Source of the DNA: Alphaproteobacteria bacterium
GTDB taxonomy: Bacteria; Pseudomonadota; Alphaproteobacteria; Rickettsiales; SXRF01
Reading direction: 5' to 3'
Assembly (NCBI GenBank): GCA_025360345.1
Contig: JANYCJ010000170.1
Span: 1 to 51,113, forward strand
DNA length: 51,113 nucleotides
Below, piece after piece: positions 46,602 to 51,113 of this stretch; the stretch's first letter is position 1, and each line of letters opens with the position of its first letter. The notes below the pieces were generated by a model. The model had not been told where the DNA came from. It searched no databases and was given only the letters and a program-made list of their open reading frames with translations. Position numbers and translations under genes: made by a program.

Positions 46602-47879
46602 TTATGCGCTGCAGGCCTCTTGCAGCCAGCTGCGCCTGGGCACGCCACCCAGCATCCCGCTGATGGCCTCGCTCACCTCCCGCCCTGCATGGGCGCGTAT
46701 GCGGAAACTGCGCCCCGGCGGCGCGCTCAATGCGCGCATCAGGCAGTCTTCGACTGCCTCCATGCTTCCCGCCGACAGCGAGATACCCAACGCCTCCAGC
46801 GGCTTCAGGTGCGGCGTCACGGCGTAATCCACCGACACCACCGCCTTGCCGATGCAGGCCGCCTCCAGCCCCACCGTGGAGTTGATGGTAACGCAGCAAT
46901 CACTGGCATGAAGCAGCATCGCCAACTCCTCGCCTCCCGTGCTGGTATACACCTGCGGGCTACGGATCGCCCGCCGCCTTTCGCTGGGGTGGAACCGCGC
47001 CACAAGCCGCCATTCGGGGTGCTTTTGCAGCAGGCGCAGCAGCTCGGCTTCCACCGCTTCAGGCAGCGCTTCATGGCCGGGCAGCTGGGGGTTGCTCGCC
47101 CAGAGTATGACCGGGTTATTTTCCCAGCCCTGCGCCTCGAGGAAGGCCTTCGCCCGTCCCTGCCATACAGTGTCGGACAAATGGTCCAGCGCCGGGTTGC
47201 CCGTCACCACGATATCTTCCGCAGGCCTTCCCTGCGCCACGAGATAGTCGCGCGTAATCTCCGAAAACACCAGCAGCAGGTCGGCATAATGTGCATCCAC
47301 CGCCCACGGGCAGGAAGGTCCGAACAAATCGATCATGATCGCCGCCGGAATACCCAGTTGTCGCGCCGCTATCACCGCCGCCTTTTCCGCCCTCGGCGCG
47401 CTGCTGACCACCACCACGTCCGGCGCATATTTCAATAGCGCCCGCGTCATGACCGTCACCGGCTCAAATCCCTGCCGGTTTTTCCGGGCATACAGCTCCG
47501 CGGCCTCGTTTTTGCCCAGACGCCATTCCAGGTCCCGGTAAGACAGCCCCAGATACGCCCGTGTTTCCGCCTCGTCGATAGGCGGCGTCGGCAGGTCCGC
47601 GCTGAGGATTTTTCCCAGCGCAAGCGCCTCCTCGTCCCCCGGCTCAACCAGATCGGCAAACCCGATATACGCCATGCCCAGCCTGCGCATCACCGGCTGC
47701 GCCGTGGTAAGCGCCAGCACCACGCATTCACAGCCCTGCGCCTGCAGCTGCCTGATAACCGGAATTTGCATCTGGATATGCGCGCCGCCATAAGCGACGA
47801 AAAAAGCGCGCTTGCCATAAAGCGGTTTTTGCACGCGCAATGGCAGGTAGTAATGTAGCCCGGATAACGCGATGTTCAT
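46602..47879 (-). CDS. GT-B fold protein (glycosyltransferase / UDP-GlcNAc 2-epimerase-like)
   Basis: YGGAH, IVVTGNPALD, RFHPSE, VTINSTVGLEAACIGK motifs. Confidence 0.65.
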   Translation of the reverse strand: MNIALSGLHYYLPLRVQKPLYGKRAFFVAYGGAHIQMQIPVIRQLQAQGCECVVLALTTAQPVMRRLGMAYIGFADLVEPGDEEALALGKILSADLPTPPIDEAETRAYLGLSYRDLEWRLGKNEAAELYARKNRQGFEPVTVMTRALLKYAPDVVVVSSAPRAEKAAVIAARQLGIPAAIMIDLFGPSCPWAVDAHYADLLLVFSEITRDYLVAQGRPAEDIVVTGNPALDHLSDTVWQGRAKAFLEAQGWENNPVILWASNPQLPGHEALPEAVEAELLRLLQKHPEWRLVARFHPSERRRAIRSPQVYTSTGGEELAMLLHASDCCVTINSTVGLEAACIGKAVVSVDYAVTPHLKPLEALGISLSAGSMEAVEDCLMRALSAPPGRSFRIRAHAGREVSEAISGMLGGVPRRSWLQEACSA

Positions 47880-48181
47880 GCTGCCCTCACCACCGCAGAT
47901 TTCCTCAGCAGGTCAGCGAAATCAAGGCTGAGTGGGCATTATGAGGGTTTTTTAATCAAAGCCTGCCCACTTCTTAAACACTGCCCTCTTCACGCAAAAG
48001 ACTAGTTTCTGAGGCAATTGCCCACTTCTGGGTAATTGTGCCTATGCCCTTGCGTGAGGAAAAACAGGGTTAAAAATGAAAATTCCCTCATTGGCACAAA
48101 CGGCAGGAACTTTTAAGGCTTTAGTAACACAAAGTCAGGAACAACCCCAAAAAACCGCCCAGCGCTTTACGCTAAAATAGC

Positions 48182-48208
48182 GAAGGGCGGCCCGATGGGC
48201 CGCCCTTC
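48182..48208 (-). terminator. Hairpin terminator after prepilin gene
   Basis: GAAGGGCGGCCC-gat-GGGCCGCCCTTC. Confidence 0.7.
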
Positions 48209-48227
48209 CCCACAGATTTAGATAGAA

Positions 48228-49061
48228 CTAATTGAAGCGGAACCGCACCGAGCAGGAAGGATCCGTACCCCCTGAAGTAATCGAGCGGTTATAGGTATTG
48301 GTCGGGTCGGTCGCAGTCGCGCCCACTTCGCAGGTATTGGGCGTAGAGGGGGTAGCAGCGCTTGGCAAACCGTTGACCCCGTTCGTAGCGCCGGTATCGC
48401 GCGCAATCACAATCCCGGTATTGGGCTGGCCGTCATCCAGCTTGGTATCCATGCCAAACGCCTGGATGGGGCTCACGCCCGTGCCGCCAAATGTATAAGC
48501 GGGCGCAGCGGTAATGCTGGATACCGGGGCCAGCTGGAAGTAATTGATGCCCGAAGCGGAATACACAATGAAAAGATTCTGCCCGGTAAGCTTCGACGTA
48601 GGCAGCGACTGGCTAGGCGTGGTGACCGTGCCGGTTACTTTACCCGTGGTCGTCACGATAAGGCTGTTAGATACGCTGCCCAGCGCGCCATCCACCAGGT
48701 TCGCATCCGACAGGTGCCGCCAGAATACCAGCGTTTCGCCCACAGGGTCGGTCACGGTTGCCGCGCCGCCTTCAATCAGCCCGTTGCCGTCGCCCTGCCC
48801 AACCGTAGAAACGTTGGAAAGCGTAAACAGGTTAAAATAGGCTGCGGAATTTTGCGTAAGGTCGCCCGGGATGCCGTCGAACTTGGTGCGGAAAGTGTTC
48901 ACGGCGGAGTTGTATTTTTCCACCTGCCCGATGGTGGCGCGCACTTCAGCGGCGCGAATCAAATCTTGTCCCACAAGAATCCCACCAATAATCAGGCCGA
49001 TAATCACCAGCACAATGGATAATTCGAGTAAGGTAAAACCGGCGTTACGTAAGGTTTTCAT
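48228..49061 (-). CDS. Type IV prepilin-like protein (N-terminal cleavage/methylation domain)
   Basis: AG|FTLLELSIVLVIIGLIIGGILVG; F..K...IPGD; D.KLDDG.P.TG; C-terminal Cys pair. Confidence 0.88.
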   Translation of the reverse strand: MKTLRNAGFTLLELSIVLVIIGLIIGGILVGQDLIRAAEVRATIGQVEKYNSAVNTFRTKFDGIPGDLTQNSAAYFNLFTLSNVSTVGQGDGNGLIEGGAATVTDPVGETLVFWRHLSDANLVDGALGSVSNSLIVTTTGKVTGTVTTPSQSLPTSKLTGQNLFIVYSASGINYFQLAPVSSITAAPAYTFGGTGVSPIQAFGMDTKLDDGQPNTGIVIARDTGATNGVNGLPSAATPSTPNTCEVGATATDPTNTYNRSITSGGTDPSCSVRFRFN

Positions 49062-49154
49062 AGTGTGTCCTATAGTGAAGCATAAATAAATTTTATGCTG
49101 GCTTTACAATATGCCTAAAGCATATAGCCCCTAAAATTCCGTGAGTAAAGTCTA

Positions 49155-50225
49155 TTACTTGTGGTCACTTCCCACCGCATCGGCAACGCTGCGGTAGCCA
49201 TCCTTCGCCAGCAGCGCCGAAAGCCCGCGCGTGATTGCCCCCACCGCGCCGAAGCCTTGGTACACAAGCGCCGTGTACATCTGCACAAGGCTTGCGCCTG
49301 CGCGTATTTTCGCATAAGCGTCCTCCGCGTTCGCAATGCCGCCCACCCCCACCAGCGGCATCGCCCCGCGCGTCAGCCGGTAAAAATGCGCGAGGCTTTC
49401 ATGGGCCAGCGGCAGCAGCGGCAACCCGCTCAATCCCCCCGCCTCGCCCTTATGGCAGCTGCGCAAATGCGCCGGGCGTGACAAGGTCGTATTGCTCACG
49501 ATCAGCCCGTCCATGCCATGCGCCATCACCACGTCCGCCACATCTTCGCGCTCCTGCGCCGAAAGGTCGGGCGCCACTTTCAGCAGCAGCGGCACGTGCC
49601 TGCCGTCGCGCGCCTTACACGTTTCGCGCTCGCGCAGTAAAGCTGAAAGCAGTTGCTCCAGCGCGTCGCGGTGCTGCAAATCGCGCAGGCCCTGCGTATT
49701 GGGCGAGGAAATATTCACCGTCACATAATCGGCCATGCCATGCACCGCCCGCAAGCCCGTCACGTAATCCGCCACCGCGTCCATCGCGTCCTTGTTCTTG
49801 CCAATATTGGCCCCCGCCACCCCCAGCGAGGCATTCCGCTTCCGCAACCGCGCTGTAAAATCCACCAGCCCATCGTTATTGAACCCCAGCCGGTTAATCA
49901 CCGCCCGGTCTTCCTTCAGCCGGAAAATGCGCTGGCGCGGGTTGCCCTCCTGCGCCAGCGGCGTCACCGTGCCGCATTCCACGAAACCGAATCCCTGCGT
50001 CAGCAACCCGTCCACCGCCACCGCGTTTTTATCGAATCCTGCCGCAAGCCCTAGCGGGTTGGGAAAACGCAAGCCCCACAGTGTCATCTCAAGCGTGGCG
50101 TCCTGCGTATTTTTCGCCGCCGGCACCAGCCCGCGGCCCAGCGCATAAAGCCCAAGCTGGTGCGCGGCCTCCGGCGGCAGCATATGGATCAGCGGTCGTA
50201 ATAGGGGGAAAAAATCAGGCATCAT
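49155..50225 (-). CDS. pyrD: Quinone-dependent dihydroorotate dehydrogenase
   Basis: NPLGLAAGFDKN, INRLGFNN.G, NIGKNK, VNISSPNT.GLR, KVAPDL, GGLSG.PL. Confidence 0.96.
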   Translation of the reverse strand: MMPDFFPLLRPLIHMLPPEAAHQLGLYALGRGLVPAAKNTQDATLEMTLWGLRFPNPLGLAAGFDKNAVAVDGLLTQGFGFVECGTVTPLAQEGNPRQRIFRLKEDRAVINRLGFNNDGLVDFTARLRKRNASLGVAGANIGKNKDAMDAVADYVTGLRAVHGMADYVTVNISSPNTQGLRDLQHRDALEQLLSALLRERETCKARDGRHVPLLLKVAPDLSAQEREDVADVVMAHGMDGLIVSNTTLSRPAHLRSCHKGEAGGLSGLPLLPLAHESLAHFYRLTRGAMPLVGVGGIANAEDAYAKIRAGASLVQMYTALVYQGFGAVGAITRGLSALLAKDGYRSVADAVGSDHK

Positions 50226-50258
50226 GGCATCCAGTCATCAGGCAAAAACTGCCCCATG

Positions 50259-50627
50259 CTAATCGCCCGGGTTAAAAATGGAAAGCAGCAGTTTGGCATC
50301 TTCTTCCGACAGGCTTGCCCGGCCCGCCTTCACTGGCGGCAACACCGCTTCGCGAGGCATGTCAGGCTCCTCGGCGGGTAAGGCGGTGGCTTCGCCCACC
50401 GGCGCGGAAGCGGCATTAACGGGTTTCAGCGGCATCATCTTCGCGGCTTTGCGCGGCGGCAGCGGAAAAAACCGCGCTTCCCCCGTGGGCGGGTGCGGCG
50501 CGCTCGTTTGATGCATGGGCGTGAAGCTGCCCTGCGGCGCAAGCAACTGCGGCACCGAAGCCGAAACCGTCAGCGGCCACAGCGCCGCCACGGCACAAAA
50601 GCATTTCCCCCACCACCGCATCGTCAT
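50259..50627 (-). CDS. Hypothetical exported Pro-rich protein
   Basis: Signal-peptide-like N-terminus (…VSA); codirectional with pyrD. Confidence 0.5.
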   Translation of the reverse strand: MTMRWWGKCFCAVAALWPLTVSASVPQLLAPQGSFTPMHQTSAPHPPTGEARFFPLPPRKAAKMMPLKPVNAASAPVGEATALPAEEPDMPREAVLPPVKAGRASLSEEDAKLLLSIFNPGD

Positions 50628-50699
50628 TCCCCCGCAAAAATTAATCAGACCCGGTAATGCAAATCCCGTGCCGCCCCAAAAAGCACACCTGAAAAATAA

Positions 50700-50781
50700 T
50701 CACTACATCTAGTGTTTTTAAAGTTTTTAATTAATGCTATTTATGGTGTAAATACATAAAATGAAACACAATATAATGTTT
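50700..50781. promoter_or_regulatory. Three NrdR-box-like palindromes
   Basis: TCACTACATCTAGTGT (50700), ATGCTATTTATGGTGT (50734), ACACAATATAATGTTT (50766); spacing 34 and 32 bp. Confidence 0.5.
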
Positions 50782-50824
50782 TTGAATCGTGGGTCAGGTG
50801 CATAGGTTTTTGTCGTTTCCACGT

Positions 50825-51113
50825 ATGCGTTTAAAGCGCGTTTTTCACATGGCCATCATTGCCGCTGTAAGCGGCCAATGCCTTATTGACAGCGCTTCTG
50901 CCGACCCCCCGCCCTCCCACGATTCCCCTGCGAAAAAGATCATAATCCCCCCCCTCCCCGAGAGCACTTCCCCCCGTCAGGAAGCGCCCCATGCTGCCTT
51001 GAAATTCAACAAACAAGATTTTGTACCCATCCCCGACATGGTGGACATGCCGGTTGATGAATCCGCTCCCGCCGCCAAATCCCCCCTGCCCCCCCTTCGC
51101 GTCAAACCGGCTA
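50825..51113 (+). CDS. Exported Pro-rich protein, N-terminal part; runs off the right edge
   Basis: Hand-translated open frame MRLKRVFHMAIIAAVSGQCLIDSASA|DPPPSHD... with no stop before the window end. Confidence 0.55.
   Translation, partial: MRLKRVFHMAIIAAVSGQCLIDSASADPPPSHDSPAKKIIIPPLPESTSPRQEAPHAALKFNKQDFVPIPDMVDMPVDESAPAAKSPLPPLRVKPA

Noticed and set aside
48091-48108. sigma54 promoter TTGGCAC...
   Set aside because: No GC at the required GG-N10-GC spacing.

Overview
A high-GC alphaproteobacterial chromosome segment. A DUF2671-like gene and an RPE1-like palindrome suggest a relative of the Rickettsiales (inference). From left to right: (1) 1-10.6 kb, a succinoglycan-like exopolysaccharide cluster (acyltransferase, ExoT-like flippase, ExoW/ExoU-like GT2s, pyruvyltransferase) joined to an exosortase D / TPR / VPLPA-CTERM surface-sorting system. 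(2) A SAM methyltransferase-SEC-C gene, dksA and fliX. (3) 13.4-35.8 kb, a late flagellar cluster: flgI, flgJ, flgN, flgK, flgL, fliW, TPR-methyltransferase, fliB, a ~1480-aa flagellin with five internal repeats, flaG, fliD, fliS, fliK, flgD and flgE, with sigma54 promoters, ftr-like enhancers and a CtrA box. (4) An arsR-arsC-aquaporin operon and usg. (5) An ~8 kb lower-GC, phage-satellite-like island integrated in tRNA-Lys(CTT), with a 48-bp att repeat, integrase, AlpA/Xis, primase and helicase. (6) A GT-B protein, a type IV prepilin and pyrD. The most striking unexplained signal is inside the island: two divergent copies of a ~140-165 nt pseudoknotted element. Their helices covary and they share an ATGTYCAARCYYCGGCTAAAG loop. 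Each copy sits directly upstream of a different cargo gene. All calls come from reading the sequence; no database searches were run.
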